Assembly: GCA_963662315.1 (NCBI GenBank)
Contig: OY759353.1
Span: 2,272,001-2,336,000 of the forward strand
From: Geopsychrobacteraceae bacterium
Lineage (GTDB): Bacteria; Desulfobacterota; Desulfuromonadia; Desulfuromonadales; Geopsychrobacteraceae
Direction of reading: 5' to 3'
Length of the DNA stretch: 64,000 bases
Numbering within the stretch: position 1 is the first letter of the stretch; each line of letters begins with the position of its first letter. Position numbers and translations under genes: made by a program. The notes below the pieces were generated by a model. That model was given only the letters and a program-made list of their open reading frames with translations. It was not told the origin of the DNA and did not search any database. Of this stretch, positions 41,471 through 52,264 are shown piece after piece.

Positions 41471-42663
41471 TGAGTACATCACAAAACTGGATCGACCGGG
41501 GGCTGACCCATGTCGCTAAAACATATGGCCGCTACCCGCTGGTTGCCGCCAGCGGCGAGGGGTGTTGGCTTACTGATGTTGACGGCAATAAATATCTCGA
41601 TTTTCTGGCGGGAGTAGCAGTCAACAACCTTGGCCACTGTCACCCCAAAATTGTCGCAACCCTGCAGGAACAGGCCGCGAAACTGATTCACTGCTCCAAC
41701 TATTATCACATTCCGAGCCAGATCGAGCTCGCGGAGCTGCTTTGCGAACATTCCTTCGGTGACCAGGTATTTTTCTGCAACTCCGGCGCCGAAGCCAACG
41801 AGGCCGCGATCAAACTGGCCCGCAAATACAGCACCGAAACCTACAGCAAGGACCGCTACGAAATCATCACGGCCAAGGTATCCTTTCATGGCCGGACCCT
41901 GTGTACCTTAACCGCCACCGGTCAGGAAAAAATTCAGATCGGCTTCGCCCCTTTGATTCAGGGCTTCAAATATGTCCCGTACGGGGATATTGCCGCCCTG
42001 AAGCAGGCTATCGGTCCACAGACCTGTGCGATTATGCTTGAACCCATTCAGGGAGAAGGCGGCATCAACATCCCGCCAGCCGGCTACCTCAAAGCCGTTC
42101 GCGAACTGTGCGACCAGCACAACCTGCTGTTAATTTTTGACGAAATCCAGGTCGGCCTTGGTCGGACCGGGAGCCTCTTTGCTTACCAACAGGAAGGGAT
42201 TGAGCCCGACATTATGGCTCTGGCCAAAGCCCTGGCCGGTGGACCGCCCATCGGGGCCATGGTCTCACGCCACCCGGTTATTGATGTTCTCGGCCCCGGA
42301 ACCCATGGGTCGACGTTCGGTGGAAATCCACTGGTTACCGCCGCCGCCGTAACCACAATGAAAGTCCTGCTGGAGGATGGCGTTCTGGCTAATTGCCAGG
42401 CTATGGGGGAATACCTGTGCCAACGACTGGAGCAGCTCAAAGAGAAATATGCCTTCATCAAAACGATTCGTGGTCGTGGCCTGATCGTCGGTATGGAGCT
42501 CAGCATAGAGGGGGGAGAGATTGTCACCACCGCCCTGACACGCGGCCTGCTTATCAACTGCACCATGGGTAAGGTGTTGCGCTTCGTGCCACCACTGATC
42601 GTCACCAAAGATGAAATCGACCAGATGATCCTGATTCTTGACGGAATCATGGCCGAAATATAA
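41470..42663 (+). CDS. argD: Acetylornithine aminotransferase
   Basis: NSGAEANE, FHGRT, DEIQ, AKAL, HGSTFGGNP. Confidence 0.94.
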
Positions 42664-42716
42664 AAGCCGCGCCGGGTCACACGATGTGATCCGGCCGACC
42701 TACAAGGAGACATTGA

Positions 42717-43628
42717 ATGAACAAAGACTTTCTGTCGATTGCCGATTGCAAGCGGGAAGATCTCGAAGACATCTTTACTCTTGCCGCCGACCTGAAGAAA
42801 AAACAGAAAGAGGGTACCCCACATAAAATTCTGGAAGGACAGACTCTGGGGATGGTTTTCGAGAAAAGCTCAACCCGGACCAGGATTTCCTTTGAAGTCG
42901 GCATGTATCAACTGGGCGGACACGCCCTCTTCCTGCATTCCGGCAACACCCAGATGGGGCGCGGCGAACCGATCAAAGATTCGGCCCGCGTCATGGCGCG
43001 CTATTGCGATGGTATTATGATCAGAACCTTCTCACACCAGGTCGTCGAGGAGTTTGCCGAACACAGTTACGTACCGATTGTCAACGGCCTGACCGATCTG
43101 TGCCACCCGTGCCAGGTCATGGCGGATCTGTTTACCGTTATCGAGCATAAAGAGGATTTTACCAACCTCAAATACTGTTGGATCGGTGACGGCAACAACA
43201 TGGCCAACAGCTGGATCAATGCCGCTGCCAAGTTCGGCTTTGAGTTGCGTGTCGCAACCCCGAAAGGTTACGAGCCCAACGCAGAAGTGATTGCCACGGC
43301 GCAGGCTGCGGGCGCAAAACTGCTGTTGACCAACGATCCACGCGAAGCAGCTGACGGTGCCGATGTCCTGAATACCGACGTCTGGGCCAGTATGGGGCAG
43401 GAGCAGGAACAGAAGGAGCGGGAAGCTGCATTTAAAGGATTCCAGATCAACAGCGACCTGCTGAAAATTGCTGATCCGCAGTCAGTCGTCATGCATTGCC
43501 TGCCAGCACATCGGGATGAGGAAATTACCGATGAGGTGATGGAAGGACCACACTCGATTATTATCGATGAAGCAGAAAACCGCCTCCATGTCCAAAAAGC
43601 GATTCTGGCAACCTTAATGGCGCGGTGA
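42717..43628 (+). CDS. argF: Ornithine carbamoyltransferase
   Basis: SSTRTR, HPCQ, DVWASMG, HCLP. Confidence 0.96.
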   Translation: MNKDFLSIADCKREDLEDIFTLAADLKKKQKEGTPHKILEGQTLGMVFEKSSTRTRISFEVGMYQLGGHALFLHSGNTQMGRGEPIKDSARVMARYCDGIMIRTFSHQVVEEFAEHSYVPIVNGLTDLCHPCQVMADLFTVIEHKEDFTNLKYCWIGDGNNMANSWINAAAKFGFELRVATPKGYEPNAEVIATAQAAGAKLLLTNDPREAADGADVLNTDVWASMGQEQEQKEREAAFKGFQINSDLLKIADPQSVVMHCLPAHRDEEITDEVMEGPHSIIIDEAENRLHVQKAILATLMAR

Positions 43629-43631
43629 TTA

Positions 43632-44261
43632 ATGTTACTGACCTGCCCTTACTGTGGTTTCAGCAAAACGGTTGCTCCAGACCTGGTTCCACACGGCCAG
43701 GTGAAGGTTAGCTGCCCCAGGTGCCGACAGGACTTTCCGTTGACACCGACGCCCACCACAGGCACGGTAGACACGCTAGAAAACCGGCAGCAGGGTGAAC
43801 CTGGAGAGGTGGTTTCTCAAATTCCCGCCGAAAACCTGCCTAAAGCAGGCTTTTGGTTGCGGCTTGTTGCTGCCCTGATTGATATGAGCATTGTTCTGAC
43901 TCTGCAACTGGTCCTGGGGGCCGTTCTCGGGTTCACCGGAATAGCGCTTCTGGGTGCGGACGACAGCTCAACAATTAATCTGTTTTTATTAATGGTACTG
44001 TTCACCTATGTGCTCAGCTTCGCTTATTACATCATGTTTACCGGTTACTGTGGCCAGACTCCCGGGAAAATGGCCCTGCGCCTCAAAGTGATCCGCTGCA
44101 ACGGAGAAGATATAGGTTATGGCCGTGCCGCATTCAGAGAAATACCGGCCAAATTTGTTGCCAGAATTCTTCTTTGCATTGGCTACCTGATGATTGTTTT
44201 TGATTGTCAGAAGCAGGGCTTGCATGACCACATAGCCCAAACTTATGTCATAAAACTTTAG
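43632..44261 (+). CDS. Zinc-ribbon + RDD family membrane protein
   Basis: [35 protein letters not shown]. Confidence 0.88.
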   Translation: MLLTCPYCGFSKTVAPDLVPHGQVKVSCPRCRQDFPLTPTPTTGTVDTLENRQQGEPGEVVSQIPAENLPKAGFWLRLVAALIDMSIVLTLQLVLGAVLGFTGIALLGADDSSTINLFLLMVLFTYVLSFAYYIMFTGYCGQTPGKMALRLKVIRCNGEDIGYGRAAFREIPAKFVARILLCIGYLMIVFDCQKQGLHDHIAQTYVIKL

Positions 44262-44389
44262 TACAGTGCTTTCTATTTCGTGGAGCGGAACCATATTATC
44301 AGTTAAAATGCGATGAATTTTGGCTGGACGACACAGGCTGCTCCAGCCAGAAATCTGCAATGTCCGCTCTCAACACCAAGGAGATTACA

Positions 44390-45610
44390 ATGAGTAAAAA
44401 AGGACAAGTTAAAAAAGCGGTGCTCGCGTATTCAGGCGGGCTGGATACTTCGATTATCCTTAAATGGTTGATCGAAGAATATGGATGTGAAGTGGTCGCC
44501 TTCTCTGCTGACCTTGGCCAAGGTGAAGAGCTTGATCACATTCCCGAAAAAGCCAAAAACACCGGCGCCAGCGCCTGTCATATTCTCGACCTGAAAGAAG
44601 AATTTGCCCGTGACTTCGTCTTCCCGATGTTCCGTGCCAACGCTATCTATGAAGGCCGCTATTTTCTCGGTACCTCCATCGCCCGGCCGCTGATTTCCAA
44701 AGCACAGATGGAAATTGCCGCCCAAGAAGGTGCTGACGCTGTGTCCCACGGTGCCACCGGCAAAGGGAACGATCAGGTCCGTTTTGAAATTTCTTACTAC
44801 CACTTTCACCCATCCGTCACCGTCATCGCTCCATGGCGCGAATGGGACCTGAACAGCCGTACCGCCCTGGAAGCCTACGCCAAGAAACATGGCATTCCAG
44901 TCCCAACCAGTAAAAAATTCCCCTGGAGTTCTGACCGCAACCTGTTGCACATCTCCTTTGAGGGCGACGTTCTGGAAAACCCCTGGGCTGAAGCTCCGGA
45001 AGAAATGTACGTCCTGTCCGTTGCTCCGGAAAACGCTCCCGATCAGCCTGAGTATGTTGAAATTGAGTTTGAAAAAGGTGATGCCGTTGCCGTTAATGGC
45101 GAACGCCTCAGCCCTGCACAGCTGATGCTCAAACTGAATGCACTGGGCGGCAAGCACGGTATCGGTCGCGTCGACCTGATGGAAAACCGTTACGTCGGTA
45201 TGAAAAGCCGCGGTGTCTATGAAACCCCCGGCGGCACTATCCTTGAAGAAGCTCACCGTGCCGTTGAGTCGATTACCATGGACCGCGAAGTTATGCACCT
45301 GCGTGACTCGCTAGTCCCACGCTATGCGGAAATGGTTTACAACGGCTACTGGTTTGCGCCTGAGCGTATCGCTCTGCAGGCCCTGATTGACGAAACCCAG
45401 AAAACCGTTAATGGTAAAGCCCGTATCAAACTGTACAAAGGGCATTGCCGTGTCGTTGGCCGCGATTCCGCAACCGACAGTCTGTTCAATGTTGACTTCG
45501 CCACCTTTGAGGCTGACGAAGTTTACAACCAGGCTGATGCCGAAGGCTTCATTAAGCTGAACGCGCTGCGTCTGCGTATTGCAGCCATGCAACGCGCGGC
45601 TAAAAAGTAA
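44390..45610 (+). CDS. argG: Argininosuccinate synthase
   Basis: [31 protein letters not shown]. Confidence 0.97.
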   Translation: MSKKGQVKKAVLAYSGGLDTSIILKWLIEEYGCEVVAFSADLGQGEELDHIPEKAKNTGASACHILDLKEEFARDFVFPMFRANAIYEGRYFLGTSIARPLISKAQMEIAAQEGADAVSHGATGKGNDQVRFEISYYHFHPSVTVIAPWREWDLNSRTALEAYAKKHGIPVPTSKKFPWSSDRNLLHISFEGDVLENPWAEAPEEMYVLSVAPENAPDQPEYVEIEFEKGDAVAVNGERLSPAQLMLKLNALGGKHGIGRVDLMENRYVGMKSRGVYETPGGTILEEAHRAVESITMDREVMHLRDSLVPRYAEMVYNGYWFAPERIALQALIDETQKTVNGKARIKLYKGHCRVVGRDSATDSLFNVDFATFEADEVYNQADAEGFIKLNALRLRIAAMQRAAKK

Positions 45611-45674
45611 CAGTCGATTAACAAACTGCCTGCAAGAGGCCCTCTAGGGGTTTTGACAGGCGATTACAAATCTA

Positions 45675-45718
45675 CCCTCTCCCTCAGGGAGAGGGTGGCG
45701 CTTGCGCCGGGTGAGGGG
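45675..45718. repeat. BoxC/REP-like intergenic palindromic element
   Basis: ccctctccct-c-agggagaggg-tggcgcttgcgccgggtgagggg resembles the CCCCTCACCC...CCCTCTCCC repeat class. Confidence 0.6.
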
Positions 45719-45806
45719 CATCCCTTCATCCTGTGGCCACTTTCTCGCCCTGCTGAGAAGTGCAGCAGTCAACCTAATTTTGAACCAGTTAAAGAGAGAT
45801 TTGAAC

Positions 45807-47168
45807 ATGAGTAAGCTCTGGGGTGGTCGTTTTACCCAGCCGACCGATAAGTTTGTCGAAGAATTTACAGCCTCTATCGATTTCGATCAGCGCATGTATC
45901 GTTACGATATTCAAGGCTCAAAAGCTCATGCCGAAATGCTTGGCCGGCAAGACATCATCTCAACCGCTGATGCTCAGCAGATCATCGCCGGCCTGGACGC
46001 AATTCTCGCCGATATTGAAGCGGGCAAAATTGATTTTTTAGTCGAACTCGAAGACATTCACATGAACATCGAATCACGTCTGATTGAACGGATCGGAGCC
46101 GTGGGTGGCAAACTCCATACCGGCCGCAGCCGTAATGATCAGGTTGCCGTAGACATTCGACTCTATCTGCGTGATGAGATCGACACCATCCTGACCTACC
46201 TGAGCAAACTTGAAGGGGCATTAATTTCCCAGGCCGAAGGGAATCTTGATGTCATCATGCCCGGCTACACGCACCTGCAAACCGCACAACCGGTGCTTTA
46301 CAGTCACCACATGCTCGCTTACCGCGAAATGATCGCCCGCGACATCAGCCGCCTGAAGGATCTGCGTGTACGCTTTAATGTTCTTCCACTTGGTGCCGGA
46401 GCGCTGGCCGGGACAACTTTCCCCATCGATCGTGAATGGGTTGCGGAAAAACTCGGCTTTACCGGGGTCACCCGCAACAGCCTTGACAGTGTTTCCGACC
46501 GCGACTTCGCCATCGAGTTCTGCAGCTTTGCCAGTATCCTGATGATGCATCTCTCGCGGCTCTCAGAAGAACTGATCCTGTGGTCGAGCGCCGATTTCAG
46601 CTTCATCGAACTGACCGATGCTTTCTGTACCGGCAGTTCCATCATGCCGCAAAAGAAAAACCCGGATGTTCCTGAGCTGGTTCGCGGTAAAACCGGACGC
46701 GTTTACGGTAACCTGATGGCGATGCTGACGCTGATGAAATCACTGCCTCTCGCTTACAACAAAGACATGCAGGAAGATAAAGAGCCACTGTTTGATACCA
46801 TCGACACAGTCAAAGGCAGTCTCAAAATCTTTGCCGACATGATTGCCGAAATGAAGGTCAAAGCGGATAATATGCGCATTGCCGCTGCTCGTGGTTTCTC
46901 TACAGCTACCGATGTCGCTGACTACTGTGTGCGCAAAGGACTCCCCTTCCGCCAGGCTCACGAGGTTGTCGGAAAAACCGTCCGCTACTGTGTGGAAACT
47001 GGTAAAGATATTCCGGAGTTGTCACTGGCTGAATTCCGTGAATTCTCCGACCTGATCGAGGCGGATATTTACGATTACGTCACCCTCGACGCCTCGGTCA
47101 ATGCCCGTAAAGCCACGGGTGGAACAGCCCGTGAAGCGGTTGAGCGTGAACTCAGCCGCCTGAAGTAA
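45807..47168 (+). CDS. argH: Argininosuccinate lyase
   Basis: [24 protein letters not shown]. Confidence 0.97.
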   Translation: MSKLWGGRFTQPTDKFVEEFTASIDFDQRMYRYDIQGSKAHAEMLGRQDIISTADAQQIIAGLDAILADIEAGKIDFLVELEDIHMNIESRLIERIGAVGGKLHTGRSRNDQVAVDIRLYLRDEIDTILTYLSKLEGALISQAEGNLDVIMPGYTHLQTAQPVLYSHHMLAYREMIARDISRLKDLRVRFNVLPLGAGALAGTTFPIDREWVAEKLGFTGVTRNSLDSVSDRDFAIEFCSFASILMMHLSRLSEELILWSSADFSFIELTDAFCTGSSIMPQKKNPDVPELVRGKTGRVYGNLMAMLTLMKSLPLAYNKDMQEDKEPLFDTIDTVKGSLKIFADMIAEMKVKADNMRIAAARGFSTATDVADYCVRKGLPFRQAHEVVGKTVRYCVETGKDIPELSLAEFREFSDLIEADIYDYVTLDASVNARKATGGTAREAVERELSRLK

Positions 47169-47178
47169 GATCTTGATT

Positions 47179-47334
47179 ATGCGTGCGCACAGCGGACTTA
47201 TTGTTATACTGTTGTTCATCGGCCTGCTGCTTGCCGGGTGTGGAAAAAAAGGCCCGGTTCGTCCGTTAACCGGGCCATTACCAGTAAACAGCGTCACCAA
47301 AGACCAGAAGCCATTACCCGACTGCTGTAACTGA
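47179..47334 (+). CDS. Small lipoprotein (LptM/YifL-like), 51 aa, below ORF-track cutoff
   Basis: Hand translation MRAHSGLIVILLFIGLLLAG-CGKKGPVRPLTGPLP...; lipobox LAGC followed by CGxKGP. Confidence 0.75.
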   Translation: MRAHSGLIVILLFIGLLLAGCGKKGPVRPLTGPLPVNSVTKDQKPLPDCCN

Positions 47335-47441
47335 GAGCTGATAACAACATGCCCCTGGAGATAACAGGTACAGCCCTTTACTTTCCTAAAGGGGTATGTT
47401 AGCAGTATTCCCTTATACCCAAGTCCTTTAGGGAGGAAAGA

Positions 47442-48317
47442 ATGTTCCAAGGATCTATGGTTGCCCTGATCACCCCCTTCACTGCTGAAGGCCGGTTTGA
47501 TGAGGAAACCTACCGCCAGTTGATCGAGTTCCAGATTGAAAACGGAACGGATGTAATCGTTCCCTGTGGCACCACCGGGGAATCGGCAACCCTTGATTAT
47601 GAAGAGCACAATAAGGTCATCCTAGCCTGTATTGAACAAGTCAATAAACGTGTCCCGGTCATGGCTGGTACCGGTTCCAACTCCACCGCTGAAGCGATAG
47701 CGATCAGCAGCCATGCAAAAGAGATGGGGGCCGATGGCGTCCTGCTCGTCGCGCCATACTACAATAAGCCTTCTCAGGAAGGCCTGTTTCAGCACTTTAA
47801 GGCAATTGCTGAGGCGGTCGCTCTTCCCCAGATTCTTTATAATGTCCCGGGCCGAACAGGTGTCAACATGACTGCTGCAACGACGGTTCGTCTGGCACAG
47901 ATTGATAATATCGTCGCAATAAAAGAGGCATCAGGCGATCTGACTCAGGCCAGTGAAATCATTGCCCAGGCCGGAGACAAGATCAACGTTATTTCCGGTG
48001 ACGATTTTCTGACCCTGCCGATGATGGCCTGTGGTGGTAAAGGCGTTATTTCAGTAACAGCCAATATCATGCCGGCTGAGGTCAAAGCCATGGTCAAAGC
48101 TGTTCAGGAAAACCGTTATGCAGACGCCCGCAAACTGCACCTTGAACTGCTGGACGTTCATCAGGCCATGTTCGTTGAAACCAATCCAGTGCCGGTCAAA
48201 ACTGCCGCAGCCCTGATGGGTCAGTGTCTTCCAGATGTTCGTTTGCCCCTGGTAGCACTGCAACAGACATCGCTGGACAAACTGAAAACCGTTTTAAGCA
48301 AACACCGCCTGATCTGA
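47442..48317 (+). CDS. dapA: 4-hydroxy-tetrahydrodipicolinate synthase
   Basis: GTTGES, PYYNKP, LYNVPGRT, IKEASG. Confidence 0.97.
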   Translation: MFQGSMVALITPFTAEGRFDEETYRQLIEFQIENGTDVIVPCGTTGESATLDYEEHNKVILACIEQVNKRVPVMAGTGSNSTAEAIAISSHAKEMGADGVLLVAPYYNKPSQEGLFQHFKAIAEAVALPQILYNVPGRTGVNMTAATTVRLAQIDNIVAIKEASGDLTQASEIIAQAGDKINVISGDDFLTLPMMACGGKGVISVTANIMPAEVKAMVKAVQENRYADARKLHLELLDVHQAMFVETNPVPVKTAAALMGQCLPDVRLPLVALQQTSLDKLKTVLSKHRLI

Positions 48318-48347
48318 TTCAGCTTCGGGCTAAAGGAAGACTAATAT

Positions 48348-49148
48348 ATGAAAGTTGCAGTTATTGGTGCCGCAGGTCGCATGGGGGGGCGCTTGATTCA
48401 CGCCGTCTGTGAAGCAGAAGGACTGACCCTGAGTGGCGCAATTGAACGTTCCGGCCATCCCCAGGTCGGTATGGATGCAGGCCTGGTAGCCGGTGTCGGC
48501 CCACTGGGAGTTCTCATTAGTGATGACCTGGCTGCGACCATGGAACAGGCTGATGTCCTGATCGATTTCACTTTTCCGGAAGTTACTCTCAACAATCTTG
48601 AGGTGTGTGCTAACCTGGGCAAAATGGTGGTCAGTGGTTCCACAGGCTTTACCCCGGAACAAAAGGCCAAAGCAGAAGGCTACGCCAAACAGATCTCGGT
48701 GGTGCTGGCACCAAACATGAGTGTCGGTGTCAATGCCTGCTTTAAACTGCTGAAAGAGACGGCCAAAATTCTGGGACCCGACTTTGATGTCGAGATTGTC
48801 GAACTGCATCACAACAAAAAGAAAGACTCCCCTTCAGGTACCGCGGTGCGTATGGGTGAAGTCGTCGCTGATGCCTTGGGTCGTGACTATAATAGTGTCG
48901 CCAACTATCATCGTGAAGGAATGTGTGGTGAGCGCAGTAAAGAAGAAATCGGCATGCAGACCGTCCGTGGTGGAGACATCGTGGGTGAGCATACGGTCTA
49001 CTTTATCGGTATGGGCGAACGCATCGAAATCAGCCATCGTGCCATGAGTCGCGATATGTTTGCCCGTGGCGCCGCCAGAGCCTGCCAGTGGCTACAGCAT
49101 CAACAGCCCGGGCTTTACGATATGCAGGACGTTCTTGGGTTGCGTTAA
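48348..49148 (+). CDS. dapB: 4-hydroxy-tetrahydrodipicolinate reductase
   Basis: GAAGRMG, ELHHNKKKDSPSGTA. Confidence 0.97.
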   Translation: MKVAVIGAAGRMGGRLIHAVCEAEGLTLSGAIERSGHPQVGMDAGLVAGVGPLGVLISDDLAATMEQADVLIDFTFPEVTLNNLEVCANLGKMVVSGSTGFTPEQKAKAEGYAKQISVVLAPNMSVGVNACFKLLKETAKILGPDFDVEIVELHHNKKKDSPSGTAVRMGEVVADALGRDYNSVANYHREGMCGERSKEEIGMQTVRGGDIVGEHTVYFIGMGERIEISHRAMSRDMFARGAARACQWLQHQQPGLYDMQDVLGLR

Positions 49149-49250
49149 GGGCGCTTCAGCATTGGACTCAGAAATAAAATAAATTAATTTAGGCGGTTTG
49201 CATGCAGACCGCCTTTCATCTATAAGAAAAACTATCAGGAGAATCTGAAC

Positions 49251-50486
49251 ATGGCAAAAATCAACGATAATTACCTTAAGCTGAAAGCGGGCTACCTGTT
49301 TCCGGAAATTTCCCGCCGCGTCAAAGAGTTCACCACGGCCAACCCCACGGCTAAAGTTATTCGCCTGGGTATCGGTGATGTTACCCAGCCACTGGCACCA
49401 GCGGTTCTGAAAGCCTTCCATGACGCCGTCGACGACCTTGCCACGACTGAAAACTTCGCCGGCTACGGTCCGGAACAGGGCTACACCTGGCTATCCGAAG
49501 TTATCATTGAAAAGAGCTACAAACCCCTGGGTGTTGACCTTAAAGCCAACGAGATGTTCATTTCCGACGGCTCTAAGTGCGACTGTGCCAATATGCTCGA
49601 CATCTTCGCCCTCGACAATGTCGTTGCTATCGGTGATCCGGTTTATCCCGTTTACAATGACACCAATGTGATGATCGGTCGTACCGGTGAAGCTGATGAA
49701 AAAGGCTATTACAAAGGGATTGTCTATCTCCCCTTCACCGAAGAAAACAACTTTGTTCCGGAGTTGCCAAAAGAAAAGGTCGATATTATTTATCTGTGCT
49801 TCCCCAATAACCCGACCGGCACTATCGCAACCAAAGAGCAGCTCAAAGTATGGGTTGACTACGCTTTGGAAAACGATGCCATCATCTTCTTTGATGCCGC
49901 CTATGAGGCCTTCATTACCACCCCTGGCATTCCTCACTCCATCTATGAAATCGAAGGGGCCAAGAAATGTGCGATTGAATTCCGCTCCTTCTCCAAAACC
50001 GCAGGTTTCACCGGTGTCCGCTGTGGACTGGTCGTTATCCCAGAAGAAGTTACCGGCACCAAAGCCAATGGTGAGCGTTACTCGATGAATAAACTGTGGC
50101 TGCGCCGCATGACCACCAAATTCAACGGCACCTCCTACCCGGTTCAGAAAGCGGCTGCCGCCGTCTATTCTGACGAAGGATGGAAACAGACCAAGGAAAT
50201 CATTGACTACTACATGAACAATGCCCGTATCATCCGTGAAGGGCTCCAGTCTGCCGGCATCACCTGCTACGGTGGTGTCGACTCACCATACATCTGGCTG
50301 AAAACCCCTGAAGGGCTGAGCAGCTGGGATTTCTTTGACAAACTGCTGCAGGAATGCAACGTTGTCGGTACCCCGGGCAGCGGCTTCGGCCCCTGCGGTG
50401 AAGGCTACTTCCGCCTCTCCGCATTCGGTGATGTTAACAATGTCACCACCGCAGTTGAGCGCATTAAAGCCAAATGGGGTAAATAA
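49251..50486 (+). CDS. dapL: LL-diaminopimelate aminotransferase
   Basis: [34 protein letters not shown]. Confidence 0.95.
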   Translation: MAKINDNYLKLKAGYLFPEISRRVKEFTTANPTAKVIRLGIGDVTQPLAPAVLKAFHDAVDDLATTENFAGYGPEQGYTWLSEVIIEKSYKPLGVDLKANEMFISDGSKCDCANMLDIFALDNVVAIGDPVYPVYNDTNVMIGRTGEADEKGYYKGIVYLPFTEENNFVPELPKEKVDIIYLCFPNNPTGTIATKEQLKVWVDYALENDAIIFFDAAYEAFITTPGIPHSIYEIEGAKKCAIEFRSFSKTAGFTGVRCGLVVIPEEVTGTKANGERYSMNKLWLRRMTTKFNGTSYPVQKAAAAVYSDEGWKQTKEIIDYYMNNARIIREGLQSAGITCYGGVDSPYIWLKTPEGLSSWDFFDKLLQECNVVGTPGSGFGPCGEGYFRLSAFGDVNNVTTAVERIKAKWGK

Positions 50487-50522
50487 CAACCACTAATTAG
50501 CATCAAAAAGGAGGTTTCCACA

Positions 50523-51026
50523 ATGCATGAAAAAAGTATCAGCCTGTTAAACGAAGCTGTAGCCGATGAAATTACCGCTCTCCACCAGTATATGTACTTT
50601 CACTTTCATTGTGACGACCAGGGCTTTGATCTTCTTGCCGACCTGTTTAAAAGAACAGCTATCGAAGAGATGATGCATGTTGAAAGACTGGCCGAACGGA
50701 TAATCTTCCTGAATGGCGATGTGGAAATGAAAGCCTCTGCTGAGGTCCAAAAAATGACCGATGTCGAAGCGATGCTGAAAATGGCAAAGCAGATGGAAGA
50801 AGAAAGTGCCCTTGCCTACAACCGCTGGGCAGTCGAATGTGGCTCCAATGCAGACTCAGTCTCCAAGACCCTGTTCGAAAGCTTGGTCGTCGATGAAGAA
50901 CGTCATTATGATCAATATGATGACGAAATTGAAAACCTCAATCGCTTCGGCAAAGAGTATCTTGCCCTGCAGTCCATTGAGCGGAGTAAAACGCGTCGCG
51001 GCATGGGTGGCCCTGGTGCGGCCTGA
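50523..51026 (+). CDS. bfr: Bacterioferritin
   Basis: E..ALHQY, EEMMH (heme Met), DEERH ferroxidase motifs. Confidence 0.88.
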   Translation: MHEKSISLLNEAVADEITALHQYMYFHFHCDDQGFDLLADLFKRTAIEEMMHVERLAERIIFLNGDVEMKASAEVQKMTDVEAMLKMAKQMEEESALAYNRWAVECGSNADSVSKTLFESLVVDEERHYDQYDDEIENLNRFGKEYLALQSIERSKTRRGMGGPGAA

Positions 51027-51050
51027 TCTTTTCCACTTTAGCTAACAACC

Positions 51051-51079
51051 AAGGGCGGCCGTTTCGGTCGCCCTTTTTT
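51051..51079 (+). terminator. Intrinsic terminator after bfr
   Basis: aagggcggcc-gtttc-ggtcgcccttttttt. Confidence 0.75.
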
Positions 51080-51155
51080 ACTAATCTTTGACTTTAATTC
51101 AATGTATTATTTTTGAACTTTGCATCCCAATGAACAGAAGATGGAGTATTTTAGT

Positions 51156-52037
51156 ATGATTGATCTCAAACCAGAAGTTATTGCTCAACTCGAAAGGGTA
51201 TTAAGTTCAGTTGAAATGTTGCTGCCCAAAGCGACCAAGCCAATTGACTGGAAGACCTGTTATGCCGCCAACTGGCGCCGCCATTCTTTTTCCGGTTACC
51301 TTGAACCGGTTAAAGTCACTGACAATACCCGCCTGGAAGAGCTTCTGGGGGTTGAAAAACAAAAAGACATTATGATCAACAATACCCGCCAGTTTCTCCA
51401 GGGACTGCCAGCCAACAATGCACTGCTATGGGGTTCTCGCGGGACCGGAAAATCATCCCTGGTTAAAGCCCTGCTCAATGAATACGCCGAACAGGGGTTG
51501 CGTGTCATCCAGGTTGAAAAAGAGGACCTCATCTATATTGCCGAAATCTTTGCCGCCGTTGAAGATCAACCCTACCGCTTTATCATGCTCTGCGACGACC
51601 TGACCTTTGAAACCGGCGAACTCTCCTACAAAATGCTCAAAAGCGCCCTCGATGGCTCGGTTTATTCAGCACCGGAAAACGTTCTGATCTACGTTACCTC
51701 CAACCGTCGCTACTTGCTTCCCGAATATGACAGTGATCACTTAGGAGGGAAATACGTTAAGGGAGAGCTGCAACAGAGCGAAATACAAGAGGAGAAAAGT
51801 TCTCTGTCTGACCGTTTCGGCCTGTGGGTTGCCTTCCACGTATTCTCTCAGGACCGTTATTTGGATTCGGTCAGATTATGCATCGAACGCTGGAGCAAAC
51901 AACTTGGTAAAGAAATTCCTTTTGACAGCGAACTAGAACAGGCCGCCATCAAATGGACTCACGAGAAGACCAAGCGCTGCGGAAGAACGGCATATCAGTT
52001 TTCCAAGAACTGGGTTGGCAAGTATCTGTTGAAGTAA
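51156..52037 (+). CDS. DUF815-family AAA+ ATPase
   Basis: NALLWGSRGTGKSSLVKA, CDDL, YVTSNRR, EEKSSLSDRFGL. Confidence 0.9.
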   Translation: MIDLKPEVIAQLERVLSSVEMLLPKATKPIDWKTCYAANWRRHSFSGYLEPVKVTDNTRLEELLGVEKQKDIMINNTRQFLQGLPANNALLWGSRGTGKSSLVKALLNEYAEQGLRVIQVEKEDLIYIAEIFAAVEDQPYRFIMLCDDLTFETGELSYKMLKSALDGSVYSAPENVLIYVTSNRRYLLPEYDSDHLGGKYVKGELQQSEIQEEKSSLSDRFGLWVAFHVFSQDRYLDSVRLCIERWSKQLGKEIPFDSELEQAAIKWTHEKTKRCGRTAYQFSKNWVGKYLLK

Positions 52038-52040
52038 TTA

Positions 52041-52077
52041 AGAAGCCTCGTTTATACAACTATAAACGAGGCTTTTT
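52041..52077. terminator. Intrinsic terminator between convergent units
   Basis: aagcctcgtttata-caac-tataaacgaggctttt. Confidence 0.8.
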
Positions 52078-52264
52078 GCGTAATATTTTAGCGGTTAGCA
52101 GATTCAAAAATTCTTGGGTTATCTGTCAGAGGAACAGAAAGGTCCTTCATGGAATCAGTATATTCATGTTCAGAATATTGAACCAATTGATACCCAACCA
52201 AACCGAAGCTACTTGTTTTTGATACTTAACTATTATCCCCGCACAAAAGACACCTTAAACTCCT

